The notes under the pieces were generated by a model, which saw nothing but the letters and a program-made list of their open reading frames with translations, did not search any database and was not told the origin of the DNA. A stretch of 63,133 nucleotides of DNA, filler included, from Octopus bimaculoides (taxonomy: Eukaryota), in assembly GCF_001194135.2 (NCBI RefSeq). It is 6 parts of 5 records of this genome, joined end to end, with 100 filler letters (N's around TTAATTAATTAA, not from the genome) between each part and the next. Parts side by side here need not be neighbours in the genome. Positions count along the whole stretch, not along the records: positions 41,319 to 58,874 come from NC_068985.1; positions 58,975 to 63,133 come from NC_068985.1; 4 more parts are not named here. The stretch is one strand, 5' to 3'. Positions 50,291 through 63,133 of this stretch are shown in pieces. The position numbers were made by a program, and so were the translations under genes. Positions within the stretch are counted from its first letter, which is position 1, and each line of letters opens with the position of its first letter.

Positions 50291-50449
50291 AATAAGATAC
50301 TCATTACACGTGCTCTTCAGAAATTGAAGTTGATCGATTTAGCCAAGCAAACAATTTTTGGCTCAGCAACTATTTCTCGTCAGAACACACGGTTCACTTA
50401 CTTTCTTTAACAAAAAATGTGGAGAAAGATATTTGGGATAACGTCACTC

Positions 50450-51499
50450 TAAGGTCGCCAATTGTTTTGAATAAAGAACAACTTTGGACAAAATAAAGGA
50501 TAAAATAAAGGACAACATAGGACAACAAATAAAAACAAAATAAAGGACAACTTTGAATAGAGGACAAAATAAAATTCAAAGTTTATGCATACATAATTAG
50601 CTCATTATATTAGTCAGCTAAGTGGCATAATGATTGCGTTTGTATATGTTATTCCTATAAATCTTAAATTAGGTTGATATAGTTGTAACATGTACTAAAA
50701 TAATTTTTTACTTTGAAAATTTTTTTAGTTCCTTACCGAAATTTCACTAACGTTGGTTTGTCATACAAATTCGTTCGTTTTTTATTTTCCATTTATTTTA
50801 ATAATCTTTTCCAGTTTTATTTGAAAAAGAAATATAAACATTTTTATTGCAGTGTTTTATGCGGTTTCTTTTTTTGTCACGCTGTTCTTTCTCCACAACT
50901 TTTGTTCATCATTTTTGAAATGTGAATGAATTCTACCTCTTTACACAAATTAGATGAAGTGCTTAGTAGAAGAAAGCGAACGAGTTTATATCAAGATACA
51001 ATAAAATAAATTTAAACATCTGAGCACTTTTAATCTTTAAGATTATACTTTCTCTGGCTTTTTGCGCAATTCAGCAAAATTGTACCATTGTCTTATTTCA
51101 TCTTATTTATTCTGAAAATCTAAACAATAATTATCTTGTAAGCTGAAATATAATCTAAACTTCACACTTTATTAGTTCAACCGAACATCTGTTCTTTGTA
51201 TTTAAAAACATATATAAAACTTATGCTATGCAACTCCAGTGGGAACTATGCTTAACTCCACATAGTTTATAAAGAGTATTACTGGCATCGTTTCTAGTTC
51301 TACAGATTTCTTGAAGTGTTTAGGTATTATTCAGGAAAATATACAAGTTAAGCATTAAAAAGTTATTTGATGAAGTGGGGGGAGGACATTTCATCGAAAA
51401 CTGACATATAGCAAATCTTTTTTTATTTAAAGAGGACAAGGATAGGAAAGGGTTAAAATAAAGGGTTACCTTCCGAAAACAAAAGGGTTGGCGACCTTA
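50450..51499. mobile_element. hAT-like non-autonomous element with 12-bp perfect TIR
   Basis: TAAGGTCGCCAA (50450-50461) and TTGGCGACCTTA (51488-51499), with subterminal ggacaa-type repeats. No matching 8-bp TSD seen. Confidence 0.6.
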
Positions 51500-52075
51500 T
51501 CTGGGACTTACATAAAAGGGTTGCCGTGATATTTAAAAATAGAGTGTTAACACGTTATGCAAATTAGTTATTCCAGTTTTCTGTAGCTACGGTAATTGTC
51601 GAGTATATAAACAGATTGGCTACTTCTTTCTCTGAGGTTGGCCAAATTGATGTAGACGACTCTGATGAGAATCCAATAATATACGAAAACTGATTAAGGT
51701 TGTTCGTCGTTTGATCTTTCAGTCGACGGAGAAGCAACTAAATTAGCTCTGTCTTTACCACCACCACGTCTACTACCACCACTACTACTACATTTACAAC
51801 TACTACGACCACTAGTACTGCTGCTATTACTACTACTATTTGGTTTGCAAGATTCTCATTGTCAATTCGTGTATTGAAGCATATTCTGTTGTATCTGGGG
51901 AGAGTCATTCTCTTTAGTGCCTTATAATTTAACACTCTCACCGGTCTGATTTCCACTCATTTATTTATTTTTCTAGAATTTTCGTTGCGCCTTGCAACCT
52001 TTTCAATAATTGTTGACTCTCTCAATGAGAATCATGCAAACAAAATCCCAAAACGAATATATATATACACATGTA

Positions 52076-52120
<45 letters not shown>

Positions 52121-53469
52121 ATGTGTGTGTACATACACACACACATACACACGCACAAATATACATATACATTCNNNNNNNNNNNNNNNNNNNNNNNNNN
52201 NNNNNNNNNNNNNNNNNNNNNNNNNNNNNNNNNNNNNNNNNNNNNNNNNNNNNNNNNNNNNNNNNNNNNNNNNNNNNNNNNNNNNNNNNNNNNNNNNNNN
52301 NNNNNNNNNNNNNNNNNNNNNNNNNNNNNNNNNNNNNNNNNNNNNNNNNNNNNNNNNNNNNNNNNNNNNNNNNNNNNNNNNNNNNNNNNNNNNNNNNNNN
52401 NNNNNNNNNNNNNNNNNNNNNNNNNNNNNNNNNNNNNNNNNNNNNNNNNNNNNNNNNNNNNNNNNNNNNNNNNNNNNNNNNNNNNNNNNNNNNNNNNNNN
52501 NNNNNNNNNNNNNNNNNNNNNNNNNNNNNNNNNNNNNNNNNNNNNNNNNNNNNNNNNNNNNNNNNNNNNNNNNNNNNNNNNNNNNNNNNNNNNNNNNNNN
52601 NNNNNNNNNNNNNNNNNNNNNNNNNNNNNNNNNNNNNNNNNNNNNNNNNNNNNNNNNNNNNNNNNNNNNNNNNNNNNNNNNNNNNNNNNNNNNNNNNNNN
52701 NNNNNNNNNNNNNNNNNNNNNNNNNNNNNNNNNNNNNNNNNNNNNNNNNNNNNNNNNNNNNNNNNNNNNNNNNNNNNNNNNNNNNNNNNNNNNNNNNNNN
52801 NNNNNNNNNNNNNNNNNNNNNNNNNNNNNNNNNNNNNNNNNNNNNNNNNNNNNNNNNNNNNNNNNNNNNNNNNNNNNNNNNNNNNNNNNNNNNNNNNNNN
52901 NNNNNNNNNNNNNNNNNNNNNNNNNNNNNNNNNNNNNNNNNNNNNNNNNNNNNNNNNNNNNNNNNNNNNNNNNNNNNNNNNNNNNNNNNNNNNNNNNNNN
53001 NNNNNNNNNNNNNNNNNNNNNNNNNNNNNNNNNNNNNNNNNNNNNNNNNNNNNNNNNNNNNNNNNNNNNNNNNNNNNNNNNNNNNNNNNNNNNNNNNNNN
53101 NNNNNNNNNNNNNNNNNNNNNNNNNNNNNNNNNNNNNNNNNNNNNNNNNNNNATACATATAGATGTGTGCATATGTGTGTCTATGTATACACATACACAC
53201 TCACACTTCGCATACGCAACAGACAAAAGAATTAGACAGGAAAACTGAGAGAGCAGCGAGAAAGGAGAAGAAAAGAAGACACCACTATATTAAGGATGAC
53301 AAGAAATGGGTCCGTGAGAGGAAGGCACAAGCACTTTTGAGTGACAGAGGGGGGGGGGGCGCACGACCAGCTCCACCACCACCCGCACTACCAACACCAA
53401 TACTCAACTACAGAGGCAGGCCACACAGTTTTTATGCTACCCTTACTTGAATGTCGGGTATGTCATAAT

Positions 53470-54220
53470 GTCCCGTACCACCTACACTATTACTACAACG
53501 ACAACAACAACAACAACTACTACTACTACTACTGCTACTATCACCACTACTACTACTACTGTTACTACCATTACCACTACCACCCCCACTACTACTACTG
53601 CTACTACTACCACCACCACCAATACTACATCTACCACCACCACCACTATTACAACTACTACCACCATCATCATCACCACCACCACCACCACTACTACTAC
53701 TACTACCAATACTATTACTACCACTACCACCACCATTACTACTACTACCACCACCACCACTACATCTAAAACTACTACTACTACCCCACCACCTCCACCA
53801 TCTCTCCGACCACCATTTCTAATACTACCAGCATCACCACCACCATCAGCAGCAGCATCACTATCATTTCCTTGGACACCACTACCACCGCCAACACCAC
53901 CACCACAGTGACCACTACTAGCTGACCCAGTACCACTACCACCACTACAAGTACTACGTCCAATACTACTATCGACACTATCCCCAACACTACCATCTCA
54001 CCACTACGGATACCACCAGCACCGCTACCACAACCACTGCCACCACTACCACTGCTACCACCACCATCACCATCACGCCACCTTCACCACCACTACAACC
54101 ACCACTACCACCGCCACCACACTGCCCTGCTATCACCACCACCACCACCACCACCACTTCTACCACAGCCGCCGCTACCATCACTACCACCACCACTACT
54201 ACCACCACCACCACCATCAC
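53470..54220. repeat. Compound (ACT/ACC)n trinucleotide tract
   Basis: Low complexity; gives poly-Thr/His/Val ORFs. Confidence 0.9.
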
Positions 54221-54712
54221 NNNNNNNNNNNNNNNNNNNNNNNNNNNNNNNNNNNNNNNNNNNNNNNNNNNNNNNNNNNNNNNNNNNNNNNNNNNNNNNN
54301 NNNNNNNNNNNNNNNNNNNNNNNNNNNNNNNNNNNNNNNNNNNNNNNNNNNNNNNNNNNNNNNNNNNNNNNNNNNNNNNNNNNNNNNNNNNNNNNNNNNN
54401 NNNNNNNNNNNNNNNNNNNNNNNNNNNNNNNNNNNNNNNNNNNNNNNNNNNNNNNNNNNNNNNNNNNNNNNNNNNNNNNNNNNNNNNNNNNNNNNNNTGG
54501 GTGGACAGGCGAATTCTTTCAGGATGTCTGCTAAGATGCTGATTGTTTATTGTTATTTTCACTATTGTTGTTATTCTTCATGTTGTTAATGTTGCCGATG
54601 TCCTTGTTGTTGTTGTTGTTGTCGGGGCTGCTTCTGTTGTGTCATTGTTAAACTCGTTTTGCTTTGGTTACGTTACTTGTTACTCGATATGTGCAGCTTA
54701 TATCAGTCTTTG

Positions 54713-54747
<35 letters not shown>

Positions 54748-54884
54748 ATTCTATCTGTCTGTCTGTCTATCTGTCTGTCTATCTATCTATCTATCTGTAT
54801 GTATGTCTATCTGCTTGTCTATTTGTCTGTCTAGACATCACGACATCTAAATGTCTAGACATCTCGGCATTAATCCATCCATCC

Positions 54885-54931
<47 letters not shown>

Positions 54932-54986
54932 GATCGATCGATCGATCTATCTATGTAGCTATATCTCGATTTATCTATCTATCTCT

Positions 54987-55023
<37 letters not shown>

Positions 55024-55575
55024 TATATCTATATATAGGTATGTGTTTGTGTGTGTGCTGCATGCTTGTGTGTGTGTGTGTGTCTGTGTGTCTGTATGTG
55101 TATGTGCGTGTCTGTGTCAGCATGTGTATTTCAGTTAAAAAAGATTCATTGGGAATCGAGGTACATCAACATGTAGTACGCCGTCCATTGGCTAGAAGAT
55201 TCACACAAAGCAGATAATGAAAAAAAATTCAACGTCGTAGATACGAATTATACAGAACTGAAGATTGCAGTTGGGTAATTCTTCTATTCTAATTATTTAC
55301 CAATGATCCGATAAGGTGAACTCATAGTGTAGCAGTGCTTTCGGATATGGACTTTAAATTATATCTTCTTTCCCTCCTTTATCTATACTCCAAGTGACTA
55401 CCAGCTCTTGAGCACATCCCCATCGCTGGATTTATATATTTTAGCTAACTGTAAAACTTCATTTGCTGGAATACAGACAATCACGTTCACTATGTATAGG
55501 TTAGCCTGATGAGTTTTGGAAATCCATGTAATATGCCAGTTACATTCAATCTCTCCCTATCTCTCTCTCTCTCTT

Positions 55576-55642
<67 letters not shown>

Positions 55643-56574
55643 GTGCATGTATGTCTTGTTTGTCTCAAGTGCCAAAAAATGTACTGTCACCAAAACATGC
55701 TGAACGTCCAGTCCACCGTGCCGTATCATCAGCGCCAAAACATCTGCGCCCAATCGTCTCCTTTCGGACAATATTTACTGAACCTAAAAGAGCGACATAC
55801 ATGNNNNNNNNNNNNNNNNNNNNNNNNNNNNNNNNNNNNNNNNNNNNNNNNNNNNNNNNNNNNNNNNNNNNNNNNNNNNNNNNNNNNNNNNNNNNNNNNN
55901 NNNNNNNNNNNNNNNNNNNNNNNNNNNNNNNNNNNNNNNNNNNNNNNNNNNNNNNNNNNNNNNNNNNNNNNNNNNNNNNNNNNNNNNNNNNNNNNNNNNN
56001 NNNNNNNNNNNNNNNNNNNNNNNNNNNNNNNNNNNNNNNNNNNNNNNNNNNNNNNNNNNNNNNNNNNNNNNNNNNNNNNNNNNNNNNNNNNNNNNNNNNN
56101 NNNNNNNNNNNNNNNNNNNNNNNNNNNNNNNNNNNNNNNNNNNNNNNNNNNNNNNNNNNNNNNNNNNNNNNNNNNNNNNNNNNNNNNNNNNNNNNNNNNN
56201 NNNNNNNNNNNNNNNNNNNNNNNNNNNNNNNNNNNNNNNNNNNNNNNNNNNNNNNNNNNNNNNNNNNNNNNNNNNNNNNNNNNNNNNNNNNNNNNNNNNN
56301 NNNNNNNNNNNNNNNNNNNNNNNNNNNNNNNNNNNNNNNNNNNNNNNNNNNNNNNNNNNNNNNNNNNNNNNNNNNNNNNNNNNNNNNNNNNNNNNNNNNN
56401 NNNNNNNNNNNNNNNNNNNNNNNNNNNNNNNNNNNNNNNNNNNNNNNNNNNNNNNNNNNNNNNNNNNNNNNNNNNNNNNNNNNNNNNNNNNNNNNNNNNN
56501 NNNNNNNNNNNNNNNNNNNNNNNNNNNNNNNNNNNNNNNNNNNNNNNCACACACACGAAAGACTTCCACACAAT

Positions 56575-56812
56575 TTCTTATTTCTTTATTGCCCACAAGG
56601 AGCTAAACATAAAGGGGACAAACAAGGACAGACAAAGGGAATTAGTCGATTACATCGACCCCAGTGCTTTTAACTGGTACTTAATTTATCGACCCCGAAA
56701 GGATGAAAGGCAAAGTCGACCTCGCCGGAATTTGAACTCAGAAAGTAAAGACAGACGAAACACCGCTAAGCATTTCGCCCGGCGTACTAACGTTTCTGCC
56801 AGCTCGCCGACT
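56575..56812 (-). mobile_element. SINE family A with variant tail
   Basis: High similarity to 28345-28555. Confidence 0.8.
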
Positions 56813-56929
56813 TCCACACAATTTCTGCCCACCAAAATTCGTTCACAAGGTATTGTTTGACCCGGGGCTAAAGTATATGGCAGTTGCCTATTGTGCTGCG
56901 CAACTGTATTTCACAAATAAAACTTAACC

Positions 56930-57090
56930 TAATGAACCCATTATTTTGTTGTTTTTACATGAATCACCACCCCATTATCGCCCCACGTTTTACAGGAATC
57001 ACTACCCCATTATTGCCCCACTTTTCTTCAATGTCTTTGGAACTTTCCACCGCCCTCAAGGGGCAATACCCCCCACTTTGGGAACCACTG
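56930..57090 (-). mobile_element. hAT-like MITE end
   Basis: Ends ccccactttgggaaccactg (reverse complement CAGTGGTTCCCAAAGTGGGG) with repeated ccccatta/cgcccc motifs. Confidence 0.45.
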
Positions 57091-58417
57091 GTTTAGTCAC
57101 ATGTCAGGCTTGACTGACTATACTTATAGTTAAAGACTTCCTACCCGCGACCATCCCGTTTTTTCTTTAGCCATACACTATCCACCGAGCCCCTTTTTTA
57201 AAAAATATATTTCAAGGATAATATATTTTTTTGTCCCTTAAATATATTTCTGAGANNNNNNNNNNNNNNNNNNNNNNNNNNNNNNNNNNNNNNNNNNNNN
57301 NNNNNNNNNNNNNNNNNNNNNNNNNNNNNNNNNNNNNNNNNNNNNNNNNNNNNNNNNNNNNNNNNNNNNNNNNNNNNNNNNNNNNNNNNNNNNNNNNNNN
57401 NNNNNNNNNNNNNNNNNNNNNNNNNNNNNNNNNNNNNNNNNNNNNNNNNNNNNNNNNNNNNNNNNNNNNNNNNNNNNNNNNNNNNNNNNNNNNNNNNNNN
57501 NNNNNNNNNNNNNNNNNNNNNNNNNNNNNNNNNNNNNNNNNNNNNNNNNNNNNNNNNNNNNNNNNNNNNNNNNNNNNNNNNNNNNNNNNNNNNNNNNNNN
57601 NNNNNNNNNNNNNNNNNNNNNNNNNNNNNNNNNNNNNNNNNNNNNNNNNNNNNNNNNNNNNNNNNNNNNNNNNNNNNNNNNNNNNNNNNNNNNNNNNNNN
57701 NNNNNNNNNNNNNNNNNNNNNNNNNNNNNNNNNNNNNNNNNNNNNNNNNNNNNNNNNNNNNNNNNNNNNCGTTCAACCCTATCTCCCACCCGAATATAGC
57801 TAACTTCCCTCTACCCGCAATAAGCCTCACATTCCACCCTCTAACATACACCCACGCACCTCAACACACCTGGCAGCCCCTAATGCGTAACCTCACTCCC
57901 ACCAGCAACCACAGCAAATGTACTTACATACCCACCGTCAAGCCAACACCTACAAACAGGCAGGCACACGCACACACACACAGAAACATACTCACACAGT
58001 TACACAATGCACACGTACACATACATATCTTTACATACGTATGTTTATACATGCACGCGCGCGCACACACATACACACACACACTCACACACACATTGAC
58101 ATATACATAACCATCTCCCTTTCATACATAACCACTCGCATAACTTCAAAGGGTCGACAGGCCACCCACGCACGTAACTTGACATACCTAAAACGCATAC
58201 GCTTATATACGAACGAATGCAACCAAGACAATCTCTAACTTTCACACACACACACACACATACACACACACAAAGACACACACGTTCTGTCTGTGTCTCA
58301 CCCCTTCGTTAATGCGGGCACAATTGCAAACACACACACACACACAAATACACTCGGGCATATACATATCATCAAACCAACATTACACGCAGGTAACTGC
58401 TTGTGCATGCATATATA

Positions 58418-58453
<36 letters not shown>

Positions 58454-58606
58454 GTCTTGCGAGTGTGAATGTGACGCCCGCGGGCGAGCGCGTGTGTGTA
58501 TGTGTGCACGTGTGTATGTGTGTGTATGAGTAATGTGTGTGCATGCTCCCGCGTATGTGATGCAACCATGTGTGTATGTGTGTGTGTGTGTATATATATA
58601 CGTTTA

Positions 58607-58660
<54 letters not shown>

Positions 58661-58835
58661 TGAGTATTTGTATACGTGTGTGTGTGTGTGTATGAGCGCG
58701 CGTATGTAGTGTAACCGTGTGTGTATGTGTATTGTGTGTGTGCTAGTAATGTGTGTGTATGTGTGCCTCTGTGTGTGTGTGTCAGTAATGTGTGTATATG
58801 TGCACGCGTATGTGATGTATCCTGTGTGTGCGTGT

Positions 58836-58874
<39 letters not shown>

Positions 58875-58974
58875 NNNNNNNNNNNNNNNNNNNNNNNNNN
58901 NNNNNNNNNNNNNNNNNNTTAATTAATTAANNNNNNNNNNNNNNNNNNNNNNNNNNNNNNNNNNNNNNNNNNNN
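58875..58974. other. Artificial scaffold-join linker 5
   Basis: Same 100-bp structure. Confidence 0.92.
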
Positions 58975-59130
58975 GCATCCAGCTGTAGAACACTGCCAGA
59001 TCAGACTGGAGCCTGGTGCAGCCTCCTGGCTTCCCAGACCCCAGTCAAACCGTCCAACCCATACCAGCATGAAAAACGGACGTTAAACGATGATGGTGAT
59101 GATGATTGTGATGATGATTGTGATGATGAT
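58975..59130 (+). mobile_element. Retroposon family D, 3' end
   Basis: gcatccagctgtag...cggacgttaaacgatgatg(gat)n. Confidence 0.7.
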
Positions 59131-59132
59131 GA

Positions 59133-59167
<35 letters not shown>

Positions 59168-59889
59168 CTTACATACATATACATATCCCTACATGCTTGT
59201 ATACATAGATACATATACACATGAACTCACATAGTATATGATCACACATACACACACACACATCTTTATGTACTTACATGCACACACACACATATATACA
59301 TACATACATACATACACACATGCAAACATGCATGCATACATTTATAGACATACTGCACGTACACATATACATCCATACATTCACACTTACATACACGCAT
59401 ACACATTCATTCACATAGACATATTCACTTGCACACATACAAATACATATACATACATATAACTATACACTCATTAACAGAAAACACTTTACCAAATATG
59501 CGTTTCACTCGTAATAATTAGGATAAGATGAAATAAAATTGAAAAAAATATATGATAATAATAAATAGAAAATTCAAAGAAGATGAAAAAAAATCAAATA
59601 AATTATCATAATTTTATTGTAATTAAGTTTGAGAAAATAAAATTACTTTTAATCAATTAATTTATTTATATATCATTAAACGTGTCTTTCAGTGCATCCT
59701 AACATCAACCAGATGTGTCTACAGGGGCAGGTCTTCTTTAATACAGAAACGTAACTCTCCACGTGCTGTAGCCATTTCTCCTCTAGTCCCTTGATCACTT
59801 TTGTTGTTATTGTAGTAGTAGTAGTAGTAGTCATTGCTGCTGCTGTTGTTGTTGTTGTTTAGCACCAGGTAGGTCTCACCTGGTCCTAT

Positions 59890-60255
59890 GAGTTTGGATC
59901 ACAACTGTTCCAGTCTTGAACATCCCTCCTATTTCTTCTTTTTCTTTTCTTTCTCCTCCTTCTCCTCTTGTTGTTGTTCTTAAACTTCTTCTTCTTCTTC
60001 TTTTTCTTTTGTCTTCTTCTTCTCTTCCTCTTCTTCTCCTCCTCTTCTTCTCCTCCCCTCTTGTTTTTCTTCTTTTTCTTCTTTTTCTTTTGTCTTCTTC
60101 TTCTTTTGTCTTCTTCTTCTCCTCCTTCTCCTCCTCTTCTTCTCCTCCCCTCTTTTTCTTTTTCTTTCTTCTTCTTCTTCTTTTTCTTTCTTCTTCTTCT
60201 TCTTCTTCTTCTTCTTCTTCTTCTTCTTCTTCTTCTTCTTCTTCTTCTTCCTCTC
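59890..60255. repeat. (CTT)n-rich polypyrimidine tract
   Basis: Low complexity. Confidence 0.9.
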
Positions 60256-60944
60256 CTTCCCCACAAGGATACTGGAATCTGCAAAATATAACATCTAAAA
60301 TGATTTGTCGCTTAATGTGGTGGTGGTGGTGATTGTGTTGTTGTTGTTGTTGCTCTTAACGGTGGTGGTGGTGATGGTGGTGAGGACGACAATGCTCTTT
60401 TACTGGACTATCTTTGTTTCAATAGATTTAGAATAAGAAACGATCCAGCTATGAAGAACCATCTTTCTTTTTTATTTGCTTTTATTCAGCCATAGTATAA
60501 CTAGGATTACGTTATCAAATGTGTCATTCCTTTCATAAGACACTAAGGTGTGATTGTAATTTTTTTTTTAAATGTTGTTTTAGCTGCTGTTTCTAGCATA
60601 TTGACTAACCGCTTAAAGGCTTTCATAGGTTTACTGAGTCAAGCTCTGAACCAACATCTAGATCAATGCTCCACAACTGGTATGCCACGGCATACTGGTG
60701 TGCCACGAGATGATGCTAGGTGTGCTGCAGTGTAACCTGAATATAATCTTTTTCCCTATACTTTTGGTTATATTTTTAGTTCAAGAGTGGCACCAAATTT
60801 TGGAAAGAATATGTGTATCGCAAGTGAAAAAGGGTTGCAGGGCACTGATCTAGGCCAGTGGCTCTCAGTCGGGATCCATATGGCTCTTGGGCATCCACAT
60901 AAGATTTTGTTGTTAGAATTTATCTGCAATAAATTGGTTATAGT

Positions 60945-61210
60945 TTTACATAGCTCAGTAGTTAAAGTGTCAGGCTCACACTCATAAGGTAGTGATTTCA
61001 GTTCCTGGGCCAGACTGTGTGTTGTGTTCTTGAGCAAGACACTTTATTTCACATTGCTCCAGTTCACTCAGTTGTAGAAATGACTTGCAACGTCTCTGGT
61101 GCCAAGCTGTATTGGCCTTTGCCTTTCTCTTGGATAACATCAGTGGCATGGACATGAGAGGCTGGAATGCAGGGGCAATTGCTAGTCTTCCATAAATAAC
61201 TTTGCTCATA
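60945..61210 (+). mobile_element. SINE family C-related
   Basis: tagctcagtagttaaagtg...ttgtgttcttgagcaagacactttatttcacattgctccag. Confidence 0.6.
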
Positions 61211-61214
61211 TATA

Positions 61215-61410
61215 TATGACGGACTTCTTTCAGTTTCCGTCTACCAAATCCACTCACAAGGCTTTGGTCGACCTGAGCAAAAGAAACTGGTAGAATAAGT
61301 ACTAGGCTTACAAAGAATAAGTCCTGAGTTTCATTCGTTTGACTAAAGGCGGTGCTCCAGCATGGCCACAGTGAAATGACTGAAAAAAGTAAAAGAATAA
61401 AAGAATAATA
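61215..61410 (+). mobile_element. SINE family B with internal deletion
   Basis: cttctttcagtttccgtctaccaaatcc (inverted segment) followed by the 3' tail aagtactaggcttacaaag. Confidence 0.65.
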
Positions 61411-61430
61411 TATATATATATATGTATATA

Positions 61431-62315
61431 CAAGATCTGATCTGTAAGTATCTGGACTGTTGCCATAGTAAGGAAGTTAAAGCACACAGAGTGGAGCTGC
61501 TTGGCACACATTGACCTTGGACTCTGCTGTGCATGTGCACTAAATTTTAACAGTCTAGCTCACTTCCACTGTTTACAGCAGTACTTGGAAGGAACATGTG
61601 TAGCATGTGATCATTGCATTGACCATGACAGAGAAAGGTGTCATAATGATACCTACTCAGAGGCCTATGCAAAGTTGCAGAAAGTGTATGGAGAGGAGTA
61701 TATGAGCTGCACACAATTGTGCGAATAGTTCAGACATTTCCAAAATGGTTGAAAAAAATGTCGATATTGACAAACACTCTGAGAGACCTCCAGAACTGAG
61801 AAAAACATCACAGATATGTGTGTAGCTGTGAGGGGGAAATTATCAAATCACCATCCATGAGTTATCAGAGGATGTGCAGATTAGTTATGGCTCAGTCCAT
61901 TATCACTGAAGATTTGGGTATGAGATGCGTGTCTGCCAAGTTTGTGCCAAAACTCTTTTCAGCAGACCAAAAAGACACTTGGGTTTCAGTTACACATGAT
62001 CTCCTTGATTGTGTCAAGAAGGATGAAAACTTTTTGAAAACTTTGCATAGGCCTCTGAGCAGGTATCACCAAGCTTTTGGCAAAATTTGATGCAGATTGT
62101 CTGCTCAGCTTTCTCTGTCATGGTCAATGTGACTGTCACAGGCTACACATGTTCCTTCCAAGAACTACTGTAAACAGCAGAAGTGAGCTAGAATGTTAAA
62201 ACTTAGCGCGCATGCATAGCAGAGTTCAAGGTCAATGTGTGCCAAGTGGCTTCATTCTGATTGCTTTAGCTTCATTACCATGGTAACAGTCTGGATACTT
62301 ATTGATCAGACCACA
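61431..62315. mobile_element. Non-autonomous mariner (Tc1/mariner) derivative with ~250-280-bp inverted arms
   Basis: TA-flanked ends (ta|caagatctgatc ... gatcagaccaca|ta). Arms ~61431-61676 and ~62038-62315 are reverse-complementary. The interior encodes degenerate mariner HTH-region peptides SEAYAKLQKVYGEEYMSCTQLCE*FRHFQNG and ITEDLGMRCVSAKFVPKL...DLLD...ENFLK. No DDD catalytic region. Confidence 0.85.
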
Positions 62316-62721
62316 TAGATATATATAATCATAATCAGCAGCAGCATTGTCTTTATGGTTACTTTTTTACGATGCCTGTGTGGGTCAAGTGGAAATTGTT
62401 AATTGGATTTTCTACAGCTGGATGCCCTTCCTGTAACCAACCATTGCTCGGTCACTTGTTTCTCCATGGCCAGACATGTTTCCATTGAAGAAGATTTGGT
62501 ATGAAGATTGGTGCTTGCATGTGGGTGACATTTATTTACAAATGTCACATAAATTAAGGGCAAGGAGACAGTAGCACATACACACGCACACACATACACT
62601 CACACACACACACATGCACTCACACACACACACATGCATTCACACACATGCATGCATGCACATATTCATGCATACATACAGCATACACATATATATGCAT
62701 ATATATATGTGTGTGTGAGTG

Positions 62722-62815
62722 AAGGAGCATGGCTTAGTGGTTAGCGTACTTGGCTCATGGTTGTAAGGTCTTAAGTTCAATTCCTGGTAGCATTGTGTGT
62801 CCTTGAGCAAGATGC
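62722..62815 (+). mobile_element. SINE head (family C-like)
   Basis: ggagcatggcttagtggttagcg...aagttcaattcctgg...tgtgtccttgagcaag. Confidence 0.6.
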
Positions 62816-62894
62816 CAGTTATGTAATCAACTTAATCCCGTTGTCTGTCCTTGTTTGTCCCCTCTGTGTTTAGCTCCCTGTGGGCAATAAAGAA

Positions 62895-62938
<44 letters not shown>

Positions 62939-63133
62939 CAGACCATAAGCAAATAGTGAAAACTGATAATCCCAGAGTCAAGAATGTAAAATACCCCACC
63001 TTCAATGTTACCGCCAAAATAAAATGATTTACCAGTTATCTTTTTTTATTTATTTCATTTTTGCGTTTTGTTCTTTTTGTAGAGAATAGTGGAGAGAGAG
63101 GCCAAGACAGGGATTTAATTATTTTCCTTGTTG

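Overview
Eukaryotic, AT-rich, microsatellite- and SINE-dense genomic DNA. It is most consistent with an octopus-like coleoid cephalopod; this is inferred from the repeat families and the Hox sequence, not verified. Five identical 100-bp artificial linkers (44 N + TTAATTAATTAA + 44 N) split the window into six stitched segments, and there are many N gaps. The only host gene I can support is the terminal, homeobox-containing exon of the lophotrochozoan posterior Hox gene Post2 (14111-14352, +). Its 5' exon(s) are not recognisable, and I saw no other homeobox. The rest is mostly transposon debris: two divergent Penelope-like (PLE) GIY-YIG remnants, CR1-like and RTE-like LINE ends, a palindromic mariner derivative, foldback/hAT-like MITEs and several tRNA-derived SINE families. 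The most interesting observations are: (1) a set of hammerhead-ribozyme-like motifs, the best of them at the 3' end of the PLE; (2) a duplicated ~130-bp element carrying posterior-Hox/Cdx-class motifs at fixed spacing; (3) a mariner derivative with two 5' ends, a terminus-less piece of which sits inside an RTE LINE; (4) inverted SINE pairs and a near-perfect 176-bp hairpin in the presumed Post2 intron. I found no prokaryote-type system (CRISPR, operon). All coordinates and alignments were read by eye; repeat boundaries are approximate.
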